Program-made: the position numbers and the translations under genes
Notes under the pieces: generated by a model
Database searches by the model: none
Told to the model about the DNA's origin: nothing
Seen by the model: the letters and a program-made list of their open reading frames with translations, nothing else
DNA from: Lama glama
Lineage: Eukaryota
Reading direction: 5' to 3'
NCBI GenBank assembly: GCA_028534125.1
Contig: CM052816.1
Coordinates: 79,858,001-79,922,000 of the forward strand
Length of the DNA stretch: 64,000 bases
In this document: piece by piece, positions 1-22,847 of the stretch
Numbering within the stretch: position 1 is the first letter of the stretch
How the letters are laid out: the number at the start of each line of letters is the position of its first letter

Positions 1-10529
<10,529 letters not shown>

Positions 10530-11750
10530 TCAGGGTGACACCAAATGGGCAGGCAACCTGAGAGCTGAGATAGAAGTCTGATGGGATAAGATTCTGGAAA
10601 ACATCTTGTAAGGTTTTGAAGAGAACTTCTCATTTTGAGCCCTGCCTTTACAGATGAGAAAACTCAGGCTTGAAGCAGTCAAGTGGTTTGCTCAAGCCTC
10701 CCTAACTAATCAATGGCAGGATTCGGCTGGATGAAACCAGGTTTTAAACTCTTTTCAGTTACCTTCAGTTACCACTTAATGAGATCTCTAATATTGCTTA
10801 TCCTGGCCAGTTTGCATGAGAAATAACAGAAAATAAGATGACTTAAACTGAAACAATTTAAGAGGGAAGCATCAACACGCTTTAAAAAACACAGTACTAA
10901 ATGTTTTACCACCAATGTGGATGAAATTGTGCTGACCCATCCATCCATTGCTCTTTAATCCTAACTTTGTGGCCTATAAACCTTCATATCCAAGATTGAT
11001 TTAGGTTAAGAATGCAGTTAAGGGATTATATTTTAGCAGCAGGTTTTGGTTGATCTAAGTGATACATTGTATTATGGGAGGCAAAATCTGTACAACTGTT
11101 CCAAACAATTTGATAAGGTGTCAACATTGTATCCTAGTTATTATTAAAATGCCTCGATACATCAATTTATTTCACTGTAATGTGAAATGTATATATATAT
11201 CAGTTATTAGTTGTAGTTTATATTTGTCAACCACATATGGTTAGGTTTGGTTCTGTTGCTAACAAAATTTATCGTACAGGGTTAGGGTACCCAAAGTTTA
11301 GGAAGGTTGTCCCTTTCTTCCCTAGTAACCTGCCCCCTGCACAATCAAACCAACTCTAAACCTCATCAAGTTTCTAGGCACACAACACTGTCTAATCAAC
11401 TCATTACTCAAAATTCAAACACCTGTCTCTTTTCCAAAGAGGGACGATACCATATGGCCTTGGCTTGTAAACTGGTAATGGGTGGGAATTGAGAAGTTTT
11501 GAGTGTAAGGAGAAACAGGACTTTGCACCATGAGAATGGAACTGGGGTAGTGGGGAGGGTGTTGAACAGAGTTAAAAAAAAAATTGTTTTCTTCCTCCAT
11601 CTGGTTTTGCTCCCTCTGAGATTTGCCTCTTTTTCCTCCTAGGGAAGAGGGATCTGTTTTTGCCTATAACATTGTATCAAAATTTAAACAGAAGTACACT
11701 GGATTTAAATTGTAGTCTAAAGGAAGATCTTTATGAAAACAGGTTGACTT

Positions 11751-11896
11751 TTTCCCCTTAATTTTTTAACTTTTTGGGGGAGGGAGTAATTAGGTTTATT
11801 TATTTATTTATTCTTAGAGGAGATACTCAGGATTGAGCCCAGGACCTCATGCATGTTAAGTATGTGCTCTAGCACTTGAGCTATATCCTCCCCTGC
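11751..11896 (-). mobile_element. tRNA-derived SINE (camelid Vic-1-like)
   Basis: A/B-box tRNA-like head, aaacctaattac body, A-rich tail; TSD aaaacaggttgactt (11736-11750) / aaaacaagttgactt (11897-11911). Confidence 0.85.
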
Positions 11897-12653
11897 AAAA
11901 CAAGTTGACTTCTAAATGAATATGGACTTGGGAGATGAGGAATTCTCATTCAAATGAGGTATCTACATAAATGACTGTGAAAGTGAAATAACTGGGGACA
12001 AAAAAAAATCTTTACATGGAAACTGACAATTGTTAAATTATAAGTTCCATTAAAACTCTACAACAGACACTCAAAAAATACTAACTTTGGGTCTTCAAAC
12101 TCACTTGTTGATCCAGTTTACGTTTACAACCTGTAATTAACTTCTTGAGATATGGGTGTTTAGCAATGAATTCTGAATACAGCTGTCTTATTTTCATCCT
12201 ATATTCAATTGCTTAAATTGCCATTTTTTTCCTGGATTTAACCAGATTTGCCCTTCATTAGCCACATAAAAGTATTTACAGTGAACCTCTGATTTGAATT
12301 ACCTACATAATCTGGATTTCAAGATAATTAGCCTAACAGGGTATTTCAAGATGAAGTAACCTAATTGTACACTCAAGAAATTCTTAGCAGAAAATTGAGA
12401 AAAACTGAAATGGAAAAACTGATCATTCTGCCTGCAGATGGATCTAAAGACAAAATTAAAATTCAAGTGACAAACTAGAAAAGATGTCTAGAAAAACTTT
12501 ACTATATAAAAGAACTCACAAATTCATGTAACTACCACACAAAAACAAAAACCATTACCTAGCTCCCCCAAAAAGTATTCCTTTTTTTATCTATCAAATT
12601 GACAAAGATTATCTCACTATTAGCAAGAGTACAAGGAAATGAAAATCAACCTC

Positions 12654-12869
12654 TGATGAAGTACAGTATTTAGGGGGACAATTAAAATGTCTTAATGTTC
12701 ATAACCTTTGACCTGAGTCCTACTTATAGGAAACCACAAATACTGTACAAAATATAGGAATTGATGAAGTACAGTATTTAGGGGGACAATTAAAATGTCT
12801 TAATGTTCATAACTTTTGACCTGAGTCCTACTTATAGGAAACCACAAATACTGTACAAAATATAGGAAT
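12654..12869. repeat. 108-bp tandem duplication (2 copies, 1 mismatch)
   Basis: 12654-12761 equals 12762-12869 except C12706/T12814. Confidence 0.95.
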
Positions 12870-13678
12870 AGAAATGTTTGCTGCAAACACCTATACCAGA
12901 GAAAAACATAAAACTGAAAATACTCAAATATCCAACAATAGGGGACTGTTTAGATAGCTGTGACAGGGTAGAATGCCATGTAATTACTAATCATGTTGCA
13001 GAACAAAAGACATGGGGAAATGATCAGCCTGAAATAAAAATAAGGTGACAAAACACCACATGCATGACCCAATCCTGTCTAGGGCCACTTGGACCCAGAA
13101 TCTTTTCTTTCCGTTACTAACCTAACCCAGGGTGGTAAGGCAAGTGCTCTCTTTGCTTCAAATAAAGTTCTTTCATAAGGGGAGAAATTCAAATGTTTTG
13201 GTGCACTCTTACAACTGTCCCATTTTTCTTCGTTTTAGTGTTAATTTGGTAAGTAATTTACACCTGCTTCTAAATTAAATTTGTAATCTACAGAAAGCTT
13301 TCAACACATGTATTAACTTATTTGATTTGTAAAACCTAAGTATTTTTACACATTCTTTTTCAAGAGAAGAAACCAAGATAAGAAGTTGGCTTTTCCAGGG
13401 CCTCACTGACTTGTGACTCAGGGATTCAAACCTCAGTAACACGTTTTCCTTTCTACTAGGCTATCCCAACTTTACCATCTGAAACTAGGCTCTCAGAGTG
13501 TCTAATGCTGTTTTACAAGTAGTAATGACCCAAAAAATTTGTTGGAATTTCAGTCTTGCTAACCTCAAAATTTTAATCCAAGAGAACAGGCCTAAAACTT
13601 AAGTGTGCTAAGTTTTTAATAATACCAAACAAGCTTTGAAAAGAAAAACAGAAATTAACTGATGAGTTCTGGTGATAT

Positions 13679-13684
13679 TTTATT
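13679..13684 (-). terminator. Candidate BRIX1 polyadenylation signal AATAAA
   Basis: tttatt on the plus strand about 165 nt downstream of the BRIX1 stop. Confidence 0.6.
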
Positions 13685-13848
13685 TAGAAAAACACAGATG
13701 CCACTGAAGCCACAAGATCTTAATTTTCATTTTTCTTTTAAATGCCACACTAATTAGATATAAGACAGCCCTGGATAATAAAAGTATTTACACACTGAAT
13801 AGAAAATAAATATAAAAACAACTGAAAACAAATTAGTTATCCATTGAT

Positions 13849-14118
13849 TCACTTTGCATTCCCACTGTTCACCTTCTGTTTCATTTTTCTTTGCCTTTTG
13901 TAAATCCTTTTCTTTCTTGCTTTCAAATTGACTTTTGGCTCTGGTTTTACCCACTGTATTTCTATCGGCTTTTCCTCAGCTGGTGTAACAAAAACATCTG
14001 CAGTGGGATCGTGGGGAAGAATAGTCTTTGGTTCCTTCTTTCTCAGTTTCTGCACGTCTTTCACTTGCTGTTTCTCTTTGTATTTTGCAGCTGTGATGGA
14101 TCTTATGATACGCCGATG
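13849..14118 (-). CDS. BRIX1: BRIX1 exon 10 (270 coding nt)
   Basis: HRRIIRSITAAKYKEKQQVKDVQKLRKKEPK...KVNSGNAK*. Confidence 0.95.
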   Translation of the reverse strand, partial: HRRIIRSITAAKYKEKQQVKDVQKLRKKEPKTILPHDPTADVFVTPAEEKPIEIQWVKPEPKVNLKARKKRIYKRQRKMKQKVNSGNAK

Positions 14119-17100
14119 CTAGAAACAAAACATTACAGGCATTTTTGAAATGAAAATAAGCATTTTATGTATGGCAAGGATATTCACTTATGAACCCTAT
14201 TTCCCTTCACATCGTGTCATTAAAGAAAAAAAAAGTAATTTGCAAGACTCTATGCAGCAAAATCCAAATTCAGTTTCATAGCTCACAGAACAGTAATTCC
14301 TTGACAGAATTATCTTGGCCAAGAGTTCTGAGACATTGAGGGGGGACTGAACAACAGAAACAGCTTACCATGTTTGGTGACTGGTAGTGAGGATTTTCAT
14401 ACAAAGTTGGTCCTCCAAAACTTCCCTGGAAAATCTTTATGAGATTTAAGACAAAACGAGGTCCTATTTCTACCAGAGCAGCATCTTCTTCTATGATCTT
14501 TAATAAAAAGGAAACATTTCATTTTGGTTTGATTATACCATTCCTAAAAGGTATATATATCGATTATGACCTCATTACAAACGTGCCTAAAAGAACTGAT
14601 AACCAATAAAATTTTTGTGGAAGTGAAACTTGGCAAGTGCAAAATCATCAATATTTTCTGAAATATAGTAGCTGTCATGGAAAAATATACATTTTTTTTT
14701 CAGTGTGTTCTTTCAAAATTGAGTCATTTCAATTTGGTCTGTATCTTGCTTCTACAATGCAAGTCTTCTTGAAAAAAACTGTGGTTAAGTGAATATTTAG
14801 AACTGCAACCACGATAACAAAATGTGATTTGCCTACGGGGCCCCCTTTCAAAATTTAAATCAACCCCTAAGTTGCTTTTATAAATCTAATTCAAATTAGA
14901 TTAAAAGGTATATAAAAGAATACATGGTAAAATTTATTTTTGAATGGCTACTGATTGTGGAATTAAGAGGCAACTTCTGAACTACAAATATTAATACTGT
15001 TGGTTAAGGTATGCCTGCCCTCAGAGGTTAAGGGGGTATGTTTAACTCCCACCGCAAGGTATCCAACATAACAGCACATGCAGCACTTCACAAGCTGTCT
15101 GAAATTTTGTCCTGCTGTTCTCCTCCACCTCACCACCTCTCTGCGCTTATTATCTTGCCAAACTCCTGCTTCACGATTTCCAGAATCACCTCTCCTCCTG
15201 AATGAGTCACTGTATGACTCACCTAATAGTTCTCACTGAATGCTTTCTCCGGGTTATGTTTTTCTACATCTTAACCTCACCCCTCCCCCAGTAGATTCTA
15301 ACCTCTTGGGAGAGAAACTTCTATTTTACTGAACATATAGTGGCTTGTTAGAAAACCCATACTCCACATCCGCTGATAGTCATGAACTTAAGCAGTAGTT
15401 ATTTACTACAAGTCTGTGGGGGAAAGAAACCCATTTAAAAGAAAGGATTTATCGTTTGCATTTTCTATGTCTATAAACATCACATACCCTAACTTATTTC
15501 AAAGTACAGTTAAAAGTTAATAAAGCTAACCTGAAAGTTCCGAAACCATATCCTGTTATCCAAAATGCTGAAAGTAAACACATGGTCCACAAATGGTTGG
15601 CTTTTGGGGTGATAGCGTGGTGTACTGAAGATCTAGTGAGAAAAAGGACACGTCAGTTCTGTATTCTATGACATTCCATGTGCGTTCTGATAGCTAAGTT
15701 TAAAGGAAGACATTCATTTATAGTATTTTACTAAAAACTGTTTCTAGGAAAGATATTTACCTGAATTAAGAGTTCTTTTAACAAAGCATAATGTGGTAAT
15801 TCATCAAAAGCCTGTAAAAAGAGAGTGAACGTGTTATTTGAAAATAGCAGTGTTTTGCTTAAAATTATTTTTGTGGGTTTTTTTATGTTAACTAAATTGA
15901 ATTATACAACTATATACACTAAAAAACAACCATGCAGAGTAAGAAAATGAGACCTTATACACTAAATTAGAAACTTACAGGGTCAAAAGACAAGAGGGGC
16001 CGAGAACCTTTCAAACAGTTTCCAGTCATCTTCAGCTCAGCTAGAGTATGAACTAGAAAAATTATAACAACAAAAATAGTTATACTTTGGCACAATTATC
16101 TGAAAAGATTACTTTCAATTTTCTCACAAAAAAATTTAAATTGAATCAACTTACTATTTTGAACAAGGAATTTAGCAGATGGTCCATGAGGTGAATTTGA
16201 AAGCCTAAAAAATATAAACGGTTTTCCAACTAATTAGAATTTAGAATGCAGTAAATGCTTACTATCGATGCAGTTTAAAAGGCACCATAATGTGCTCACA
16301 CATTCCCAAATATTACTACATTCTCTTACCACATATAGAGATCTTGTTTTTTCTTAGCTTCAAAATAGATACATTTATTGCAGTTTTTCATTTCACAAAC
16401 CTAAATGGAGCAAAGTACAGAAAACTGAAGTAGATGAGAAAAATAACTAAAGCAATTCAATGCAATTAATATTTAGATGCCTCCAAAAATACTTGAGCAG
16501 GCTAACAGGCGACAAAGGTCTAAATATAGGTAAATTTATTCACAGAAAGAAACGTTTAAGTTCCTCTTAGGTTTTCTGCCCAAGGTAAACTAGATGCTCT
16601 GCCCGCCTCTTTGGTGAAAGCAGCCACTCTTTTTGGCTAGCATTTCAAAGCCAACTGGCCTCACTTCTGATTACTGGGAGCCTCTTCTCACCATAGTCCT
16701 GTATATCGCACAAAGGACTACGAAGCAGTACCAAAAAAACTACAAAGACTAAAAACTGATGCCCCAGGGATAAAGCAGACTACAAATAGCCTGACCAAGG
16801 CAGGAAAATACAGTCCTTAGAGAACCTAAAACATCCTTTACAATACTTACTCTGATTTTTAACTCTCTAGCTTTTTGACTTTAAGCTCAAGAAATTGACA
16901 TTTCCCCCTCTTATCTGTACTACCATTTCTGCAATTGGTTCTGTAAAATTACTAAGGGATTGGTGAAAGGTTGAAGTATATAAAACCTATTTCAAGTTGA
17001 ATTAAACTTCAACATCTTGAGGGTTTACAAAGTCACAACTGAGAAATACACAAAAGCAACAAAGAAACTATGTCCTGTATTATTATAGGATTCACAAACT

Positions 17101-20100
17101 AATACATATAGTAATTATAAACTCTAAACTACTAAGACTTAAAAAATTCTTCAGTCCAATGCTCTATTTCTTACTATTTCTTAGAATAAACATAACAATG
17201 CTAAGTTGGCTGTTTTCCAATTCAGTTTCAGTTGCTGGAAACCCATACCCTGTTTATTTCTCATACCTTCATTTGAAATTATACTACTTGTCTAGGGACT
17301 GTCACCCCCATTAGAATGTAGTCTTCACGACAACAGGGACATTGTTATTTAAGCAGTTTCCATATAATAACGCCACAACACAGCAGAGCTTCAAAATTTT
17401 TTGCTAAAAGAATAATAGAAGCTTTCTAACAGCTACAGAGTTTTTTTTTTTAAACAATTCTTCTAGGTTTTAAAAAATCTGCTTAAAATGTAAGCTTAAT
17501 CTTCAACAATACTTTGCAAATTTAACCCACTACTAGTTTGCAACAACTTAAGAGCAACTATCACATACATCACTTTCAATACTGGCAAATACTATTCAAT
17601 TTGAGCTTTTTAAAATAATGAGCTTTCAATATGCTTTTTGAGAGAAGACAAACATAAGGATGATCAAGAAATAATATATCCTGAAGCCCTAAACTGTGAG
17701 AGATAGACAATGAGTTCTATAAAAATTTGGAAGGCAAATTATTAAAGTTAATAAAATTTGTCTGAGTATGTTAAAACAACTTAACTCATGGAACAACATT
17801 TTTTTAAACATTTTTTATTGATTTATAATCATTTTAGATTTTTCAAATGATTTTTAGTGTTCCAAAATATTTTGTTCCTAAATACAATGTCGCTAGAATA
17901 TTTTACTTTAATTACTTTCTAAAATTACCTCATTAATCACAAATAACTTATCTTTACGATCCATTTTAGTATCTAAAAAAAGAGAAAAAAGGCAAGTAAA
18001 CAAAAGATTTCAAAGCTACTTCAATCAAATCACACATGTTCTAGGAAATTATATTAAGTATTTTTATAATCTTCGGTTTAAATGAGATGTTACTATTCTT
18101 CAAAATGATTAGACCTAAAAACACATGACTTCTTTAAAAAATCTTGTTTTTTCAAATGTGAAAGTGAGTGATTAAATAACAGTTCTCAGGAATTATTAAG
18201 CTGTCAGCAGTGTTCCTCAGACTTTGTGTACAGGCCTCAGAGATACTGCCAGGTCAGGTCCCCAGACCACCACAATAAAGCAAATATCTTAATAAAGTAA
18301 GTCACATGAATTTTTTGGTTTCCCAGTGCATATGAAAGTTATGTTTACACTATACCGTAGTCTATTAAGTGTGCAACAGCATTATGTCAAAAAAATGTAA
18401 TACCTTAATTAAAAAATACTTTATTGCTAGAAAATGCTAACCATCATCTGAGCCCCAGGTGAGTCACAGTGGCTAACATCAAAAATCATTGATTGCAGAT
18501 CACAACAACAAATAAAACAATAATAAAAGTTTGAAATATTCCAAGAATTACCAAAATGTGACACACACACAAAAAGAAAGCAAATGTCATTCGAAAAATG
18601 GCGCCAATAGACTTGTTCCATGTAGGGTTCAATTTGTTTTAAAACGCAGTAACTAAAGTGCAATAAAATGGGCTTTGCCTGCATTCTATGAATCCTTTTC
18701 AAAAACAGAAAAATTTTCACAAACCACAAACTACGTTCTAGGACTCTGGTTCAAGGAGCACTCACTTAAGAAACAAAATAAATTAAAATTCTCTTAGTTT
18801 GTTTCAGAGATCTGAAGATGCAATAGCAGACCTCAATTTGAGGAACATTGGTCTAAAGAACTAAGTTATCACCTACAACTAAAATCAAAAGCACCTCCTA
18901 ACACAGGCACAAAAACAGTCTCATGACAGCACTGCCATGGTTCTAAACCCCATGACTTTCAGTTGCCTCTAAGATACCACATTGCTAAAAAGAATAGGCT
19001 GGCATTTAGGAGTAGGCTGAGCCCCAACTTAAAGGTGCTTGAAATCCTACTCCAGGTCCATTAAATTTTTAATAAGAACACGTTTTTTTTCTTTTTTCTT
19101 TTTTTTTAAATGCAGAAAGTAATTCATAGCAGTCCTGAAATATTTAGTTGGACAAACAAGTTCTCTGAGAACATTACAATGAAGGCATTCCTGGACCTTC
19201 AAGAAATGTTTTGCTAATTAGGATATCTGTTTAAGAAAGTGAAGAGAATGTTTAATGAGTTTTGCAAAAGATCCTAAAAAATATTAATTGGAAAAATCTT
19301 GGCACTGAACAGAGAAATGTCTGAGAAGTCATGGCTCTTTACCTGACAAGGCTGAACAAATAAAGTGTGACACAAAGTGAAAACACATCAGTAAGCAAGT
19401 TTATAAACACTAATTTTTAAGTATATACATATATATACGCACCTGCTTTAGAATGAGGCATTAACATTCTCAAGTCTTGCATTAAATGTCTTGTTCTGAA
19501 ATTTATTCCTCTGGAAGAAAAGATAAGAATCCGTTCCTTATTTTTCCACTTGCCCTAAAGGGGAAAAAAAAAAGAAGACTTCAAAATCTCATAGTGAAGC
19601 TACCTTGTTTATTTGTTTAAAGATAAAGCTTCCGAGTAGCGAGCCAAACAGTCCTGATTTTAACCTTTAAGTCAATCTCTCAGCAGCATTCTCTGACCCC
19701 ATTTGCAAGCCAAAAATGCTTTCCTTGTTTTCTTATCTTTTCGGTTTTTTCCCTTAATCTCTCCAATTCTTTCTCTTGATTCTAAAGATTCGTTCTTAGC
19801 CCTGTTTTACTTCTGATCTTTCCAGAACAGTTCTCACAACCATTTCCACAGCTTCAACTGCCAACTCTATAGAAAGGTAAGGAACTTTTTCTAGCCTAAT
19901 TTAACTTACCTCAAATTCAACTCTAGAATGCTAAAGCTTAAAATCCAGTAAATTTCCCTGCTGTTTATACTTCTGATGTCACCATCATTTCAGTCCCCCA
20001 TGCTCTGAATCTTCCACTTGCCCTTATCCTCTCATATCATAAGCACTAGGAAATGTCAATTTCTTTTCAACAACTCTTAATCCTTTCCTAGTGATACTGC

Positions 20101-21844
20101 CTTCTTTCAGATTCTTATAATCTCGTATCAATTGCCGATCTCCTAAATTTTAGTCTTCCCAGCTAGGAGCTCCTACCGTAGGTAAAGCAGACTAGCACCT
20201 GCTTAACTTTTTAAAGCATTGCTCCAATCACATCTTTACCTTCCAGGCTTTTCTAAACAAGGTCCAAAATGACACAGCTTAACACTGAATTCTAAAATAT
20301 TTATATTTCTACCTCACTATTGTCCCAAATCGACCCCACACTTTAGCCAATTTGGCTGTATTTTTTTAAACTTTCAGCATTTCCTCTACTTCAGCACCTT
20401 TGTTCAGTTTTGTTTTGTTTTTCTCTCTCTCCCTTGTATTGTTCTCTCTCATTTCTGAATATTGGAATTTTGCCCTTACCTTGGGATGCAGCTCAAAGGC
20501 TACATAAATTCTTCCTGATCTCTTACTTGGGTATCCCAGAGTAAAAGCAATCTTCATTTTCTGTACTTAAGTAGAATTTTTTATATTATGACTCAGATCA
20601 TAAACACTATCATATTTCTATCCTTCTAGTTCCTAAGGGGAAAAGTGAGAGCAGTAACATCCACTGAAAATCTACTGGAAGTCCAGCTTATTCGTCACAA
20701 AAAGTAAATCACATTTTCTTCCTCTTAATTTGCAGAAAAAAGCTCAAAAAACATTTCCCTATTAATTAACAGCAGGGCTAGCATTCAAGCTCATCTTTCA
20801 TTCCTCAGAGCTAACTCCTTTCCCAGTGCTTGCCACCCCACCACAGCACAAAGGGTCATTTATCTATCACTCACTACGTAGTAGAGATCTACTCTAAGCT
20901 GGGGAGATACAGAAATTAGTCAAACGCAGTTCTTGTCTCCACAGTCTTTGATCTAGCTTAACGAGCTCTCAGTTGAATGAAAGATCCAACAACTTGGGTT
21001 CACCTTCTTTTGAATAAAAACCATCAACTTATATATGAGTAGTTTCCTTCTAAAAGCCAACCATTTTAAGAGGCAGTGATCAAGTTCTAGTTTTGCAATT
21101 CCAAAACAGGGGAAACCTAACCTTTTACAGTGACTGGCACGATAAAACTTTGTCGAATACAAGTAAAGCTCATACTGTCTACTTCAGCTTTCGTTATCCC
21201 ATGACAGTTAAAGATCAAACAAGTCAAAATCACAGTCCCAAGACCAGCAACTTTTTAAAGGACCGCATTACAAGCTTCAGTATCCCTAACTGACCTTAGC
21301 TAACTATGGCTGAATATGGGAATATTAATACCTGGAAGGGGTATAGTCAATAGCTAGAAGTAACTTTAGGGAAACGAACTTCTCTCCAACAACCACCCAA
21401 CAAAACGTGGAACGACTAGAAGACGAAACACTGGAACTAGTCCCCTTAATTCCCTTCTCTGTGAGCCGCGTAAGAGCTCTGACGACCGGCCAGTTGCTCA
21501 GCCGACCGCCTCCAGGAGGGCGGCCACGTGCACGAGGAGAAGATGTAAACGCAGCACGGGTCCCGCCGGGAGAGCTGAGACTGAGCTCCCACAACAACCC
21601 AGCATCTCGGGAACCCGCAGAGCCGTTATCAGGTAGGTAGTCCCAAAGAAGGCCCGTGGAGCCGAGGCCGCAGAGCCCCCTCTACCTTGCAAACCGGGCC
21701 TGGGATACGATCTCTCTCTTCCCCTTCCGCCTTCTCTGCTACGTCGCTGGCCTTAGCAGGCGGCTTGGCATCTTTTTCGGTTCTTTTTAGCTTTTTTGCC
21801 TGACCCGCTGGGCCTCCACGCCGTTTCCTCTTGGTCGCCGCCAT
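13849..21844 (-). CDS. BRIX1: Ribosome biogenesis protein BRX1 homolog, 353 aa; join complement(21686-21844,19443-19554,17929-17972,16330-16400,16155-16204,15979-16052,15761-15811,15531-15632,14369-14497,13849-14118)
   Basis: Ten GT-AG exons sum to 1062 nt in one frame; MAATKRKRR N-terminus, Brix-domain motifs HGPSAKF and EIGPRFVL, TGA at 13851-13849. Confidence 0.97.
14369..14497 (-). CDS. BRIX1: BRIX1 exon 9 (129 nt)
   Basis: IIEEDAALVEIGPRFVLNLIKIFQGSFGGPTLYENPHYQSPNM. Confidence 0.95.
15531..15632 (-). CDS. BRIX1: BRIX1 exon 8 (102 nt)
   Basis: IFSTPRYHPKSQPFVDHVFTFSILDNRIWFRNFQ. Confidence 0.95.
15761..15811 (-). CDS. BRIX1: BRIX1 exon 7 (51 nt)
   Basis: AFDELPHYALLKELLIQ. Confidence 0.94.
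15979..16052 (-). CDS. BRIX1: BRIX1 exon 6 (74 nt)
   Basis: (I)HTLAELKMTGNCLKGSRPLLSFDP. Confidence 0.94.
16155..16204 (-). CDS. BRIX1: BRIX1 exon 5 (50 nt)
   Basis: (W)LSNSPHGPSAKFLVQN. Confidence 0.94.
16330..16400 (-). CDS. BRIX1: BRIX1 exon 4 (71 nt)
   Basis: VCEMKNCNKCIYFEAKKKQDLYM. Confidence 0.94.
17929..17972 (-). CDS. BRIX1: BRIX1 exon 3 (44 nt)
   Basis: (D)TKMDRKDKLFVINE. Confidence 0.94.
18231..18681 (-). mobile_element. Internally deleted Tigger1-type TcMar DNA transposon
   Basis: Left end ta|caggc...agata...cagaccaccacaataaagc and right end caataaaatg...gcctg match Tigger1 termini as I recall them. Confidence 0.75.
19443..19554 (-). CDS. BRIX1: BRIX1 exon 2 (112 nt)
   Basis: GKWKNKERILIFSSRGINFRTRHLMQDLRMLMPHSKA. 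Confidence 0.95.
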
Positions 21845-22800
21845 CTTGCTGCGCGCCTACGCTCTGGGCCTTCCTTCCGGCTCTGCCGCTCGCTCCGCAT
21901 TCCCATCTCTATGGTCCCGGGGCTTCGCTCGGCGGTCCTCCTACAGCTCTATGGTGCCTGTTTCCCGTCTCTGTGGTACTGCACGCTCGACTCTCTAGGC
22001 CTCGTCTATCTCAGTGGTGACGGGGGCGGAGGTGGCCGGCCGATCTGAAAAGAGTGGCGGGAGTCTCCCACTTTCTCTCCAATTTCCCGGGAGCTGTTTC
22101 CGGGACGCGGCGTAGAGGTAGGGTTTGGGCTCGGGCTCTCCGGATCCCGAGACTAGTAACGCGTGCGGTCCCGCGGCGGGCTGGTGAGCCGTGCTGTCGG
22201 GGAGGACTGGGGCCTGCCTCCCATCGGCTGTTCTGTTAGGGGCAAATTTGGTGACAAAGGACAACTCCAAGCCGTCTCCTGGGATGCGTAGCCTCAGTTT
22301 GTCGTGAGGAACTGGCCCGAGTGAATGGCCGTGTTAGGAGCGTATTTTCATCCTTCACATCCTTTAGTGTGTTACTATTCGCATACTAGCGACGAGGAAA
22401 CCGCAGCTTAGAGACATCAGTAGTTTCCCCCAGAGTTAGACAGTTACGTGGCAGAGGTGGAGTTCGGTCCCTGGTCGGCCGGGTTCTACCATCATCGTCC
22501 AGGCCTTTTGCACTTGGCTCCGCGCGGGTTGAGATCGCGGGCCTCGCCGGCATTGACGCGGAGTTTTATTGTCAAATCTCAGGTGTTTCGCTACCCGCGG
22601 GCGCGGGTGTTGGCACCGGGAGCATCCCCGGGAGCCGAATGCGCCGTGGACCATGCCCCTCCTAACCCAGCCGATCCCAGATGAGAGTGATTACAGTTTA
22701 GTGGCCAGCCTTGACAACGTCAGGAATCTCTCCACTATCTTGAAGGCCATTCATTTCCGAGAACATGCCACGTGTTTCGCTACTAAGAATGGAATCAAGG
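21400..22800. promoter_or_regulatory. CpG island, BRIX1/RAD1 bidirectional promoter
   Basis: CpG-dense; divergent start codons at 21844 (-) and 22653 (+); GC box GGGGGCGGAG at about 22022; YY1 motif at 21837-21848. Confidence 0.9.
21686..21844 (-). CDS. BRIX1: BRIX1 exon 1 (159 coding nt)
   Basis: MAATKRKRRGGPAGQAKKLKRTEKDAKPPAKASDVAEKAEGEERDRIPGPVCK; gtagag donor. Confidence 0.95.
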
Positions 22801-22847
22801 TGACAGTGGAAAACGCAAAATGTGTGCAAGCAAATGCTTTTATTCAG
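22653..22847 (+). CDS. RAD1: RAD1 first coding exon (exon 2; 195 coding nt)
   Basis: ACCATGC start; ...KCVQANAFIQ|gtatgg. Confidence 0.95.

Noticed and set aside
12654..12716. Box C/D snoRNA (TGATGA...CTGA) in the 108-bp duplication
   Set aside because: Box C lacks the preceding purine, there is no terminal stem, and the site is intergenic within degenerate repeat-like sequence.
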